A stretch of 63,857 nt of DNA, filler included, from Phoronis australis (taxonomy: Eukaryota > Animalia > Phoronida), in NCBI GenBank assembly GCA_002633005.1. It is 8 parts of 8 records of this genome, joined end to end, with 100 filler letters (N's around TTAATTAATTAA, not from the genome) between each part and the next. Parts side by side here need not be neighbours in the genome. Positions count along the whole stretch, not along the records: positions 20,010 to 47,511 come from NMRA01000673.1; positions 47,612 to 52,948 come from NMRA01002361.1; 6 more parts are not named here. One strand, 5' to 3'. This document shows, piece by piece, positions 34,851 through 49,250 of this stretch; the stretch's first letter is position 1; each line of letters opens with the position of its first letter. The notes under the pieces are model-generated. The model was given only the letters and a program-made list of their open reading frames with translations, did not search any database and was not told where the DNA came from. The translations under genes were made by a program, and so were the position numbers.

Positions 34851-36979
34851 CCAAAAATATCTCCATGGAGCCACATTTCAGGTTTGGAATTTATTTATTT
34901 CGTTTATTTAACAAATAAAAAGGTTCAAAATGACTATTTAAGATAATGATATATCCCAATTGTATGGAATTCCAAGTCTTTTATTAGTAACATGTACTGG
35001 TTTTGGACGTCAATGCGTTTTGGTAGACTCGTTTACGCGTTAATTTACTTTGTTACGGGACAATGCTCTGCGAAGACGAGCTAACGCGCCCACTGAACGA
35101 ATTAGAGCCCAACCCCAAGTCATATGATTGACATGAAGTGCATGCTGAACGGCAGTCCTTGTTACACATTGACGGGAGTTGAGGACATGAAGCCCGTGCA
35201 ATTCTCTCAAGATATCGTCAATTCTCCGCCTGTCAGCCATTCTCGTGGTGGGGTCAAGTGGGCGTATAAATTACGTGATCATTGACGTCATCTTGTGAAT
35301 GTACTGCCTTCGTTCATTGGTTCAGCAATCGGAAACTGCATGAATTTAACAGTTCGACTTATTGACCAAAACGCGTTGAAAGAGTAATATTCGCCTTAAT
35401 TGTTGTTGGTTATGTCGTCCAACAAAAAGCCTGCAATTATCATAATTTTCGAAATGATAGCTCTACACCAAAGGTATAATCATTAAGTTGATTGCCTACA
35501 TCGCTGAACGCAGTACAAATTAGTAATGTAAATGACGTACAATTTGCAACATTCTCGTGTTTTCATTCAGACTTCTGCCCACTGTTTTCGAATCAATTAC
35601 ACACGGAACGTCGCTCAACTTGGTACGATGCGCGGACATCTACCGGGAAACGCGGTCATGTTAAAGTATACACACGCATGTAGTGGTAAGTTTTTTAAAG
35701 CAACAATGAACCGTTATTGCTCGAGACGTCTTGACAAATCAACGAACGCTTTCCAAGCCTGGAAATCTTATTTGTTATGACAACGGACAGTTTGAGATCA
35801 TCTTCATAACCATAAGTGGTCGAAATCAGTGTCGCTTGAACTCATCCAGTTTTCAGCGCGTCTGGCTTCCCAGGGCTGTGAACACGTTGTTGTGCTTTCG
35901 CAATGTCTTTACAGGAAGTGATCGAAGAATTGCCGAGGGAAGCTATTGTGCTTTCACCTCAAAAATGTGTTTATCAAGAAGTTTGTTTTACATGTCAACA
36001 CTAGGATGTAAAAGTGGATCTTGCGATTAATTCCGATTGTCTTTTTCTGCCTCTAAAACTTCCTCACACACGTTCTGTAACTAAATGTCAAGAAACCCAA
36101 TGTACGATAGAAATAGTGCTTGGTTACTATGCCTGAATAGATGGGGAAGGGTTTTCTGTAATGAAAGGCCTATTTTAAAGGGCAATATACACTCGCATTG
36201 AAAAATCAACGTTTTTTTAACCAACGTTTGGTTTAAGTCATTTACGACGAAACCGTTATAAAAACGACCTCACCGATTCCTTTACTCGGATTGGAAATAA
36301 TGTCAAGACTAGCCGTCTAGTTTCAGTAGCCAAAGATGTACACTGTATGGCTGTTAGGGAATTCTTCGTGATTTCTTGTAAGCAATTTCAGTCAGCCAAA
36401 TGTATATTATTGATATAACGTTGCTTCGGAAGAGCCAATACGTCTGTGAAGAAAGTTATTCGTTTTTCATTAAGAATCGGGCTGCAGCGCTTCATGATAC
36501 GAATTATGACACACGTCAAATTGGACGAAACGTGCTTAATAGTTGAAAACAGACGAGCAAAACAACAAAACGGTCACAGAACCATATTGTCCTTACGCTC
36601 ACAAAGTAACAATATTGGCAGCAACTACAATGGTAACCTTTCGTCAATTTCTATTGAAATGCACCCGCACGCATGTGCACACGCGAACACACACGCACAC
36701 ACACACACACATGAACTCATACATACAGTGTACATGTACACACGCACTCTGAGCTACACAAATGCGAGTAGCTTCCCAAAGTTACGTAAACACACCTGTT
36801 AGAAGGGCGTAAACTTTTCATTTGTAATTACAAAACAAACACTCAGAAACCAATCGTCACTTCTTCCAGTGAAATCACGTAACATGATTGATTTTAACAT
36901 CCAAAAATGCCTTGTTGAAAAAACTCCGTGCATGTAATTTGAAATGTTGTCGACAATGATTCTAAAACTGAAGCTGAAA

Positions 36980-37098
36980 AGGCCAGACTATCACCGTATC
37001 CAGCAAGGGTGAAAGGTCGGTGTATGAAGAAAGATTATTTGTAATGTAATGGTCGGGTTTGTTGACTAACTGTACCGAATTATCGCTGGTTGTCTGGA

Positions 37099-37131
<33 letters not shown>

Positions 37132-37570
37132 TGAACACACACATACGTAAATGTAAGTGTAAATTGATTGACTATGGTTTGAGCATCTGATTTAAATAAC
37201 TTAAATTTCAATCACTGCACTGGTACATGTATACATGTATCAGCTGATTTATACAGTTGCATCAACTAACTAATTATTAGACGATCAACATTTTTAGGCG
37301 ACAGATCAGACGGCGTGTAAATTTGTTAGGCTGGTAGTGGATCAGTTCCTGATAAGTCCGTTTGAAAAAGTTGCATGCCAACTCACTCATAGTTGAATGT
37401 TAAATTGGTGTAAACAGTTTGGGTTTTTTCAGTTGGACTTGTATCACAAGCGACAGAGGCCAGGCCATCACCGTATCCAGACAGGGTGAAAGGTCGGTGT
37501 GTGATTATGTGTAATGTAATTGTCGGGTTTGTTGACTAACTGTACCGAATTATCGCTGGTTGTCTGGAAC
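36980..37570 (+). repeat. Direct repeat of about 115 bp (36980-37100 and about 37463-37570)
   Basis: ATCACCGTATCCAG..AGGGTGAAAGGTCGGTGT...GTCGGGTTTGTTGACTAACTGTACCGAATTATCGCTGGTTGTCTGGAAC occurs twice. Confidence 0.9.
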
Positions 37571-38269
37571 TATGCCTCAAAGGTCACGCTTTTTGGTGAA
37601 CAAAAATGACAAAATGAAAACGAAGCAATAACATTGGTCTTGAATTGATAACTGCAACACTCGATCAAAGCTCAGACGAGCAAACGGCAGCCGGGAAATT
37701 CACAGTGCAAACTCCCGCGGTTAGTCTCGGGGCCGCAAGCTGTTACATGTATAATAGAATACAGAGGTCACGCGTGCAGAGTTGGCTATTTAGGGCTTGA
37801 GTCAGTCTATGATTTAGGCAACAAGAGCAATTCAGTTAGAAGTGCATCCACGACTAAATCTGTGTCGTCGTAAAATGAGCAGCAAACTGTCATCATTAAG
37901 CTTGCATAGGACGAGATGGAGAGCAATACATTGTTCAAACCAACAGCATTACGTCCAGTACAATTTACCACAAATGCCAGACCACTGTGTCTACACCAGT
38001 CATGGTACTATTTTTCGAAGTATATGCGTTTTTGCTCTCGCGTTTCACGTATACGGTAACGATAATTTTCGAAATAAACTAAACGCACTTCGACAGAACT
38101 TTGCCAGAATCTCGTCAAAATTGGATAAATTTCAATTGTTCAAAACAGCGAATTCCACAACAAAAACATGAAAACAACTCCACTAGTCAATCAGCTGTCA
38201 AATTACGAAAACCCAAACATTATCTGAGATCATGTGAATTAACTGATCTCGAGTTACGACCATTTAGTT

Positions 38270-38420
38270 GAGCCATGTGGTCTAGTGGTGTAAGTGTGCG
38301 CTTCGATCCTGTGTCAAGAAGCGGGGTTGAGTCCCACTGGAGCGCATGCACGACCCTTCACGTCCCTAGCTCCTCAGCAGGGTTTTAACTATACCGGCCT
38401 ATATTAATAAAACACAAATG
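38270..38420 (+). mobile_element. tRNA-derived SINE (degenerate)
   Basis: A-box TGGTCTAGTGG, B-box-like GGGTTGAGTCCC, short body, A-rich tail. Confidence 0.6.
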
Positions 38421-38540
38421 TGGCTGATCAGTGCAATGGTCGACTGAGCGGCCAGCACACATGTGGCACAACGTGTTCCAGACACCTTGCAATTATTTTA
38501 TACATAAACGAGTATTTATTGTTCGATGCATTCGTGAGTG

Positions 38541-39099
38541 CTCGTTGGTTCCCTACGTATCTAGCCAACACGCAGGCATCCGCAATGGCACGCGCTTTAG
38601 CATTGGTTGATGTAATTTCAACAGTCATTGGTTAGCTTTAAAACACCGTGAAAAATGGCGGACTGTGAACGATTGTTAGCCTTGTCATGCAAGTGGCGTC
38701 GCAGCAACTATTTCGTTTCTGCAGTGATGTTTAATGGCCGCGTGCTTGAAGCACAAACATGTAACACATATCTGGCCGATTTAACGGAGTGTTATTTATT
38801 ACAGGACAGTATCGTACACGAAAGTCATCGACAGTAGAAAAATCCACTCCGAAAATGAGCAAACATAATCCCTAGGATTCACATTTCCTGAACATAAATT
38901 TTAAGCACTGATTTCTCTGCCCGACAGACCACATTTGCACTTCATTTCATCAGTCATGCCAGTTTGTTTGCGTAAAGCGCTGCCTGTCGAGAATTCGACT
39001 AGCCAATCAGAAACGCCGGCGTAAAAAAATTCCCGACGAAAGTGATACCGTTGTGCCGGCTACCGACCACCTAGCTCCAGGCAACAGGGAACCAGTGAG
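38541..39099. mobile_element. MITE-like element; partial relatives at about 9151-9480 and 10845-11045
   Basis: Terminal inverted repeats CTCGTTGGTTCCCT / AGGGAACCAGTGAG. Shares AATGGCGGACT(G/T)TGAACGA and CCAATCAGAAAC..GG.GTAAAAAAATTC motifs with the other copies. Confidence 0.7.
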
Positions 39100-42000
39100 A
39101 CATAAGTGTGTAGTGCGTAGAATCGGGACAACCAATCACAGCATTATTACACGTCCTCCGTTGTGTTTAGTGTGAAATGTCGTTAGCTGTGCCCGTCTTC
39201 CAGTGGTTCACGATACAATAAAGAATGTCGGTGTGTTGTGTCTGTGGTATAGTTGTGACAACTCGGTATTAAAGCACTCCAGTAACAATTTCAAACACTT
39301 ACGTAAGACAACAAGCAGCAGGCCAACTAATAGTGTCATTCCTCTCCGGAGCATGCTACAGTGTATCTATAGTAACATCAGATGCCCGTTAGACCTCCTT
39401 CTACAGCATGGACATCGGAAACTGTGTACTATTCGGTATGACACTAACGCGTATAATAGAACTGCCACCCCAGTATCCCAGGGTCACGCATGTTGCCGGA
39501 GTAACATTTTAATGGTAATTAGTGCGACACGCTCTGTAAAACTTCCTTGTTCCGCGGCGGGAAACTGCACCCTTGTTTACTGGATGGAGAGAGATTATCA
39601 ACGACTCTAGTCCAACCGCTGACTAAACAACAGCATGAATGAAGCACGATAACGGTAAAGCAAAAGATTGTGGTAAACCAGAGAGTGTCTATCAATATGT
39701 TGTTACAAGTCACAAAGTGCCCATTTCACTTGAATTCTGTTAATTCATGACGTTTAAAAGAAAAGATAGTGGTAGTATGATTTTTTATGGTCACGTATCC
39801 AAATTCAAGCTCCCATTACCTGTTCCCGACCAAACTCAAATCACGGCCCCCGTTCCTCAAACTCCATACACGCATTGAAAATACGTGATCCGCCGCACAG
39901 TGCTGACGCATGGTCACCCGTATAGTGGTATTGTCGACGGATGAGAACGTGTGAAATTAATGAAGGCTGGGAATAGGTAACATATAGTTTGTGTTTGTTG
40001 GTCCCTGACTGTCATCGTAACTGGCCATAGAATCGTTCCCACCCACAGAACCACCCCTGCATACTCACCCTGGTCCGTAAAAAAGGTAAAAAAGACTATG
40101 AGGACGTGCTTATTTTCTGTTTTGTTGTTAATAAGTAGTCCCGGGTGCGCAGCCACAAGAAGGATCTGGGGGCACAGAATAGAACCGCTGTTGCTTTTTG
40201 ATTTAAAGCCGAATATCCGGTTGTAAAAACGACCCGATCTCACCTACAGGTTTACAGTTTCCTTGTAACCTGGGCGGAGATTTAAAGTTTGCCCGTTTTG
40301 AGATCCAGAATTCAAAATTGAGTCAACCAGAAGCTGCTTCTGTTCTCCCAGAACGCTAAATAGTTGAGTATTTTGTGTTGTGCAATATTTTTTAAATTAT
40401 AGGTCACGATATCATAAGCTCATTCAAATTTATGCGCAAAGTAGCCACAATGTTTTTCAAGAAGCGACGAGTTTTCAAATCGCAGTGGGAAATACGTCGA
40501 GGCCACATCCGTATAATTTGATATTTTTACGCAGTTAAAACTCACAGCTTGTGATAATAGCCATGACTGGGATCCCAGAGAAATACGATACCATCTATCT
40601 AACAAAAATAACAACGTGCCGAGAATCGACATTTAAGGACACACGCACACACATCAATTATTGGGGGAGAGGGGCACACACAAGCTCCAACTCTTATAAA
40701 ACCTGCGACATTTTCTGAAGGTTTTTGTTACGTCGCAAGATATTTAAATCATAGTTCTACAGTAGGAAATTTTAGACGATTTCCTTGAACATTCGAACTA
40801 ATGTTGGCTACCAAAAAGTTGTTTTAGAAAACTTTGCGTGTTAAATCTTGCATGACATAAAATACAATTTCAGTTACGAATAAGAACATGTATCTAGAGA
40901 TCGACTAAGCAGTTGTGGTCTATTATGACTCACGCTTGGTCATGACGAGGAAGTTGAGGTTTCTACAAGCAACCAAGGTTCAAGTTTAGCAGATTGGTCC
41001 CTCATCGCTGTTTTCCTCTTGTGGCATTCAACAGTTGTGTGCCTCCTTAGTACCAATCAAAGGTGGTAATGCAACTTGAAAATTAATGCTAGTGCTTGGA
41101 TATAAATTACTTCATAAGTGTTTGTTTTAGGTTTTTCTTGAAAATGTGAAAATCAAAGAGAGCAGGCCAATTGTTATTGTCCTTGTAGTGGAGACAAGCT
41201 CGCATATGACTGGTCATTCAGCTGATTCTCATTTATATTTCTTTAGGCATGACGATTCCTAACGTCGGCACACCTACAGTGAAAAATAATCCTTGCTACG
41301 CTCCCTGGCACTGTGTCCAACCAATGCCCAGCCGTACATTAGTTTGATCCGCAAGGTAAAGAATTGGCCACGCCACCCCCTCCCCTGAGTACACACAAAC
41401 TTGAATTACATACGACAGATTGCTGGGAACAGTAAAAGCCATACAAAATGCACTTTTTATAGATGTTAAGCTTTTATTTCAACGTTGGCTTGTTGTGTGC
41501 ACGTCATTAAAGACACAGATGATGTAAAATTGAAATTAATTAACTAGTTACTTAAAAGTTATACATTCAGCTACCACGAAAATTTGAAAACCCATGCGGC
41601 CGATTTTGTTATGAGCTGTCATGTTTATTTTTCCAGGTAGCGTGACAACAAGTGAAAAAAATGGGTGGCATCAATTAACCGCTTAGAATCCCGTAGAAAT
41701 GACAATCCTCATATATTCGATTGACTTTATATAAATATTAGGTAACGATTGTCATGAGGTGGACGTTACCAGGGAACGGCAACAGTTTACCACCGAACTG
41801 TTCAAACTGTCAATGGGGGGCAGCACAGGATAGAATTCGAAAACATGCATGTGCCAATGTTTCCTGGGTAGAAACATTTTGGCACCATTTCATGAATACA
41901 AAAGAAATCTAGTTATAGGAAATGCCACCGGGGGCCATCATTAGTCGAACTGTCTAAAAGTTGACATCGATTAATTTCATCATCATAGAAACACATTTGC

Positions 42001-42629
42001 GAAAAATTAAAGAAGTCTCTTTATGAGTTTTACAAGATACAGTTGCATGCTGCCCGTAGTCAAGGACGGCAAAATACGAAATGGTATTCACTTTCTATTG
42101 GCTGTTGCTTGGAAACAAAGAAAAAGCCCAGCTTCTATTTTGGTTTTGTTCTCTTAGTCAGAAAGCAAACTGATAGAAACTATTGTTTTTTTTTATTTTT
42201 GATCTTATGTCCACCAAATTAATTCTGAGTCCAGATCAAGCGGAAGTCGCTGTCAGGCTCTTGTTACCGTGGAGAGCGCGAATATGAGAAGTCCACTAAT
42301 GACAAGTAACGAGTCATGACAGCTTTAACATTCAATAACTGAATAATTTGGCACCAAGCCCCCTTGAAGAAAGAATTGGTTAAATCCGTTCTTGTTATTC
42401 AGCAATTCTATTGTCTTACACCGCAGATGGTAATAACTTTTTGTCTCATATTACGTCAATCGTCAAGCGACAACAATGCATGTGTCAAATGAACGCTCAA
42501 TAACTATAAATTAGTGACACAGCAAAGGTATATTAACAACATTTTCTGAAAGGGTGTTTGTTATGCATAGAGGGATGATTGAGTCGTATGCAATTTAACA
42601 TTTACTAATAAAGAAAACCAATAAGAATC

Positions 42630-43513
42630 AGTGGCGGATCTAGGATATCACAAGGGGGCCGATATTTTGTCTGTAAGCATTTCCGATTGTAGATGCGCCG
42701 AATGGGGGGAGGTCGGGAGAGGGGTTTGCCCAGGAAATTTTTCTGTTTTTTCCTCGAAAAATCAAGCATTTTCCTTGATTCCATAACTGTTATCCAAGAA
42801 AAAAAAGGAAAAACAAAAACGATGGAGAACATGTCACAGGACAAACTGCAAATACCACAGACTCGAACTCACGACCTGACGGATAGAGCGCGCGTGCTTT
42901 ACTACACCACCACGACTTCTAAGCTGATACTAAGAGACCTACTTATTTATGGTCCACAGCGTTTGCGCGCGAAACCTACTTTTTGTATTGCTTATTACAC
43001 GTTTTATATTTTGTGCAATCGGTTCGTAACAAACTTGTTGTATTTAAAATAGTCATGAATTGCCTAAAAGACCAAATCCGTTTTTCGTGTTGGCAATAAT
43101 GACTGGATTGCTTTGGAAATCGTTTCCAGTTAAGCTTTGAAAAAGAGAGAATTATGAGTTCCTGAGTGATTCACTGAGGCTTCGATTAAAATTCACATCT
43201 TACCATAAGTTTGTTCATCGTCACTCAGGTTCCATTTTCTTTAAAAAATGAAGTAAATTTTCTTCATTGCACAGTGGAGCAGACGACGGAAACGGAGTCG
43301 TAGTGCGCAGCGCCACTGCCGGTCGCCTGGGAATTGAATCTAAGCCCCAGACCCTAAAACTACACAAATTTAAATGTTGTTTCATCCGTATAATTTGTAT
43401 TACCGGGGTTAATTAATAAACTCGACATTTCCCTACACTTTTGCTGTTTTTTTTGCGGCAGCCAAGGGGGGGGGGGCGGGCCCCCTGCCCCCCCCCCCTA
43501 AATCCGCCTGTGC
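42630..43513. mobile_element. hAT-type MITE ends (one composite element or two fragments)
   Basis: CAGTGGCGGATCTAGG at 42630, and a G-tract/C-tract hairpin followed by CCTAAATCCGCCTGTG ending at 43513. Confidence 0.45.
42855..42916 (-). mobile_element. tRNA-derived SINE head (degenerate)
   Basis: The minus strand reads GTCGTGGTGGTGTAGTAAAGCACG...GGTCGTGAGTTCGAGTC (A-box and B-box). Confidence 0.55.
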
Positions 43514-46500
43514 AGAATGGCCAAAAACAAAACGTACACATTTTAGACGTCTACGTACTGATACGTGTTGTCTGAAGTGAGGAGTCTATACGGGAAACGT
43601 TCGCGTTTGGGTGAACCTTTTCTTTGACAAAATGTGTTATTTAAAACAAAGGCGCATGAGCTTAATGCGCGCATATGCACCTTATTCACACAGTCGCCGT
43701 ATTACAAAGAGGCCCCTTTTAGGTTTTAAAAAGAATGCATTCATCACTTAATTCAAGTGAAACACGTGATTTGTTCGTGTTCCTCCTAATTTTAATGTCT
43801 CAAATGCAGTGATTTTCATAACTAAAAAGAAGTTCATTTTCAAAATGGCAAATGCGGGAATAAGGTCTACATGTATACTGTATGTCTACGGAAACAAAAT
43901 ACTCATGCTGAGAGTCAAAGTACTAGCGTTTGTGTTCAAGCAGAAAACATAGTGAGGGATCCGTATATAATTTATTCAAAATTTCAATTCGAGTTAGACT
44001 CGAGTTGTGGTTTTCAAATAATTGAAGGCCAGGAAAGGAATCGACGTCGATTATTGTTTTAAGACAGCGGCACATTTGAATTGATCGTTATGAAATTGGT
44101 CGCAAATTGTTTCTTAAATAGTCAAATTGAAGACGTGATATTTCGCTTTCCTTGACACCATGTTCTACTAGATGGATTGACAAGGCGTGTCATTTTTGCG
44201 TCAAGCGTGATTGAATTGACCAGCAAACTGTCAGTTGCATTTCAATTTCGAAAATCACTTCTAATCTTAGTAAGGAACAAGTTGAGGCCACCTTTGATAA
44301 GAGGATTAGAGCGAGGTCGCTTTGCGTACTCTTGCTTCTCCGACGTACATGTATGAAAACATAATATGCCTGTACATCTGTACACTAACGAATGCCTACG
44401 CGTATCAGGCAGCAAGCGTTCACCAATTCGATTGCTAGTCTCTTCCTCTTTAGTGCCTACGCATGTTCCAAACGTCTCACATTAACAAGCAATGACGTAG
44501 TAAGGTATTGGAACCAGACAGTCCGAAGTGTCACTGTGATCAACAAAGAGCTGCAGAGAACAATTCGCAATTATAACTAGCCAGGGGCAGTTAAAAATGC
44601 GAATGCCACTCACACTAGGGTCGTCACCGTTATCTTCTCAAGCGACACCTAGCTGCGACAATGGGCAACTATGTGTGAGAATCAAGGAATTGGAAGCTGC
44701 TTATTTATCCCAAATAAAACTGAACTAGCCAATTATTCTCGCAAAATATGTTACGTCCGTTAGCCACTCGTTCATCGAAACCACAGGCGGCTGTAGAGAA
44801 GGATTCGGGTTTTATTGGAACTGACTAGACATAAAATTGAAAACGTGTTAATGTTGCATACACACCGCCTGTAACTTGAAGTACAACAAGTCAAGACTGG
44901 AATTGTGCAGTTTTAAATCCCACAGTGTTTCTTGTACGAATTCGTCACTGACAGTAAATAGCAGCGAAATAAATCTTTCAGTGTTTCATCCTAACTTCTT
45001 GACACGATCTCAATAACTACCATTAGTCAAATCCATTTTCTCGAAATGGTTTAAAAGCAATCCACTTCGAATCGTTGTTCAAGTCGTCTTGCTAATACTT
45101 TGGTCAACAACTGCCAATACATCTCTAAAAAACACTGAAATGCAACTCTGGTTTTAATATCGTGGTCTCATTAGGCAACATTTTCTCTAATAACAGTTGC
45201 ATGAAAGTGGCCGAGAAAGCGTGCACTGTTCTTCCCAGATGAGTCAGCGAATTCCTTGTAGCATCAACGGTTCGAAGATGCCGTCACAAATTGAATTGAG
45301 CTATTTGTTTTCCATAGGCTTTGCCGAATGTGTATTGGGTGACGCAATTGCGGCCGTAATCCAAAGCGCCCCTTTAGCGTACGAGTCAGTTAAAAACAAA
45401 TAAAAAGTACGGCAAGCATGACTGCTTTTGAAATTGAAAAATAAATATTAGAAGTCTTCGAGAAAGTAGCAAATAGGTTTTCTCCATCAGCGCGGCTAAT
45501 CCACGCACATTGATATGCAAATCGATTAGAACGGGTTGGTTGCAGTCCGACATGAACATCCTTAGGCTTTGGGGTAACAAATCCGCAAATGTTAGCGGGG
45601 GAGTTGGCTCGTGTTGATACTCTTTGGCGGATTTATTTACTTTGATAACGTAAGTACATGTACTACTGGAATTTTTCACTTGACAAGAGTCCGGTGAAAA
45701 TATCTCGTCAGATTTGCAGGTAAGTTGGACTGTATTGTATCTGTGTGCCTTATCGAGGGAGAGATAAGGGGTTTATTCTGTAAAGCCAAGTATCGATTTC
45801 TTCCGAGCTATCAGAAAAAAATGTCCATAATAACAAAAGGGAAAGTACAGACGATGATAGATAATGGTTAAAAACAAAAGCCATGTTAATGATGTCTCGC
45901 TTACGATACAATGCAGCACCGAATGCTCCGAGATGAAGGAGAAGAAATGTCAAGATGGGTATCGTGTTCAATAACGTGTGCCATGATAAGTCGAATTAGT
46001 GTCATCAACATTCATTTGTTTGCCAGACATATATGCGTGTTCATAAAAATAGGAAGGTATCAATAAAGTCATGTTAGCGCCCAATAAAGAATACGTCAAG
46101 AGATGATGTGATCAACAGCAATGGGGTTTGGAGGACATAATTAACAAACTGCATGAATCTTACCTTTCTCAACGACACTTCGCAAATGCACTTTCGCCAC
46201 GGCTGGCAGTAAACATTTTTTTTCAAAACCTACACAGTATATAAAAGATTTATATATGAAGCATTGGTTAATGACATAGGTGTCATTAATTTCATTGATG
46301 TATGAAAATGATAAAGCGAGGAGGGACTTGTTGTCCGATTTACAAAACTTGGTACTTTGTGACAAGTTTCTGCAATTTGGTACAATTTTAGATACAAGCA
46401 AAGGAAATTCAAAAAAATAAGCCGCAAACAAAGATTTTGCTTTCATGCCCTTGTCATGGGTCAACTTTTCAAAGTTGTATACATGTATTGTTCCTAACCG

Positions 46501-48364
46501 GCAATTAACCAGAATAGACTTTATCTTTGCTCTCCATGAGAATGGTACACATTATGATAATTACAGACGTTATTTGGCTGCCTTTACATATGACTACACG
46601 GAGACAAAATGAGCATTTGTTGATCAGTTACCTCTTGGAGTGGGAGCAGGAAAGTTTCAGCACAAACCACTGTGTTTCGTGGTTATGGTGAACAATTTTA
46701 GCATAACAATTTATAGAAACCTACGTTTGCTCACATTACTTAACTCCCAACATCCAAATCTTGCAGTAAAATGGGGACAATCAACTAATCAAACTTGTCA
46801 AAATGGATGTCCATAGGTAAAACCGTTCTGCGTAATTTCGTCACCCGTCAAACAATGCTCTTTTAGCATGACGGTCGGGTCTGTCATTGACTCTTTTGTA
46901 ATATTCCATTAAAGTTGCATGTATTACGAAGATTTACGTATCTTCAACAACTTCCAGAGAGGAGAAACCAAGTTTGATACTTGGTTACTGAGAGGCGGTT
47001 TCCCTTGGATCCGCGCTATTCCATTCACCTCAAAGATTGTCAGTGCCAGTTTTATTCCAGCAAACTATGTTAAGAATCATGTTCTCGTCGACCACAGTAC
47101 GTTTACGCGTAGGTGGTGCTAAGTTACCAAGTGCAAAATAGAATAGCTGTTTCTGACCGAGCGCGTGTGCTCTATCAGTCCTACTAAGAGACATACATAG
47201 ACCGGGATCCCAGAGCTTTTTTGGGCATGAAAAGGTAACCAATTTTCTTTGGTGCCACAGTGCTCTATGGGTATCCTGATGCTTGGAAATGGCCGTCTGG
47301 CAGGTTCGCTCTGGTGGGTGTGGTCAGGGGAGCCAAGAGAATTACACTAAAAAATTGAGCTAGATCAACTTTTCTGGTAACCACTTAAAACTGCCTTCAA
47401 TACCTGCTACGTCATCCACTGTATCAAAATTGGTCACTGCCAGACAATTTCAGTGGTGGGGAGTACCCGCCAGACGAACATATACAGGGTACAAAAATTG
47501 AGCTAGATCAANNNNNNNNNNNNNNNNNNNNNNNNNNNNNNNNNNNNNNNNNNNNTTAATTAATTAANNNNNNNNNNNNNNNNNNNNNNNNNNNNNNNNN
47601 NNNNNNNNNNNTGCAGCATGATGTGGTAAAGTCTCATCAATGTCGGACAAAACTAATCGCCAAAATGCTCTTTTTTAATGTTCAAGGGCGTCTAACGTTG
47701 TTGTGAACGCCTTTAATTTTTCAAGTCTTTGTCTTGTGAAAGCTGTAATACAAAACGTGGGAAAGTATTTAATTTTGTGTTATGTGACTTTCATGAAAAA
47801 ATGAGAAAATAAAAGCTCACCTGTCCGTCGCATTATTTGATAAAGTGGTGAGGTTTTACCACAGTAGTCTCTCGTTCTTGGAAGTGACAAAGAATGTTAG
47901 CAAGGTGCAAATTCTATCTATAGATTTTCCCAGAATGACAAGCCATGGCTGCTCGTGAGCCGTCATTGTTGCTGTAAGCGGTTTTTATCTCTAAAACAAA
48001 AAACAATATTTTGCCTGATTGCTTTTGGCGGGCACTGGTTGCCTGAGATTCGTTTCGACTGTATCACTTATCTTCCTCTTGCTTGGCTTCTAATTCGCAG
48101 TTTGTTGAATTTTTTTGTAGTGCAATATCTTTCACTTTTGAGTACAGTTACATATTTACATGTCGAAAGATTTTAAGGTTGGTGGCCTGGCAACATTCTC
48201 TGAGCATTTAACTATAATTTTAAACAAACTGAAGTATGGAGATGCCCAATTAATTTAAATCTTAAAATTTTTAATTTTGAAAATTTGGTCAGTAAGCTAA
48301 GAAGAAGAGACGATACATGCTATCAAACACCCTTGACATGTCTACAAAAACGTTTCTTTTGCAG

Positions 48365-48506
48365 GGTTCCTAGAACTTGTTCAAGATGATCAGATAAAGC
48401 TGATTAAACAGGGTTCATTTGAAGTTATGTTATCTCGCTACATGGTGTTAGTGAATCACGAGAAACTGACAATGTTCGAGCCGGACATGAATTTTGAAAT
48501 ACCAAG
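48365..48506 (+). CDS. Nuclear receptor (NR1 subfamily, ROR/Rev-erb/E75/E78-related) LBD exon (G)FLELVQDDQIKLIKQGSFEVMLSRY...FEIPR
   Basis: Canonical LBD signature GF..L...DQI.L.K.G.FEV; tttgcag acceptor, gtaaat donor, phase 1 to 2. Confidence 0.95.
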
Positions 48507-49119
48507 GTAAATAAATATTCCATTCTCTTGTTGTCTTGGAAACTAAGGTTGGGTGGCATTTCCAGTACCCCGGAATGCTTGGTTTTGTTGTTTTCTATTT
48601 CAGATGTAATGTAAGTCTATCCTGTTGAATTGTTTATACATCTGAATCAGGTAAAAAATGGCATAATTGGTTCTGGTCGCATTTTGAAACCTACACCTCA
48701 CCTGGCATCAGGTGACGTTGGATAAAAAAACGACTAGCCTCATTTCAGCTGACACTAGGTGACTCTGGGAGCAAAAAAGAATGGTCCCAATCCATTTGGC
48801 ATCAGGTGGCATTTTTGTTTGAAATGTGGATAACAAAAGCATCAATCTTACAATAAACACTAATTTCACCAGAACCGGTTGAGCTAATAATTTCTTTGGC
48901 CTAACATTTTGATACCATCATTTAACATGAACATGTGTTTCTTTTTACAATACATCTTAATTAAAGGACATGGTGACATGACCCAATTAATGACGGATTG
49001 GTACAAAGTAATGAATTCTACTTTGTACTTTCAGAAATTCTAGTTCTGTAAGTATTTAGCTAAGTGCACACATTTGTGGCTAAGATCCCTTGTCACCATA
49101 ACAACTTGATTATTTCTAG

Positions 49120-49250
49120 GAAAGCTGTTTGTCGCATGCCTATGGGGGATTTCTTCGATGGTTTCTTTATGCTGGCAGCTCAGTTCAATCCACTGAAACT
49201 TTGTGACTCAGAGATGGCCATGCTTACGGCGATATCCATAATGAGTGCAG
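49120..49250 (+). CDS. Nuclear receptor LBD exon KAVCRMPMGDFFDGFFMLAAQFNPLKLCDSEMAMLTAISIMSA
   Basis: Helix 7-8 pattern FN.L.L.D.E.A.L.A; tttctag acceptor, gtcagt donor, phase 2 to 1. Confidence 0.95.

Noticed and set aside
35040-35240. 66-aa ORF as first exon of the VWDE-like gene
   Set aside because: No signal-peptide character and no convincing phase-1 donor; cannot be linked.
36446-37144. ORFs with HT/CV dipeptide runs
   Set aside because: Translations of (CA)n microsatellites.
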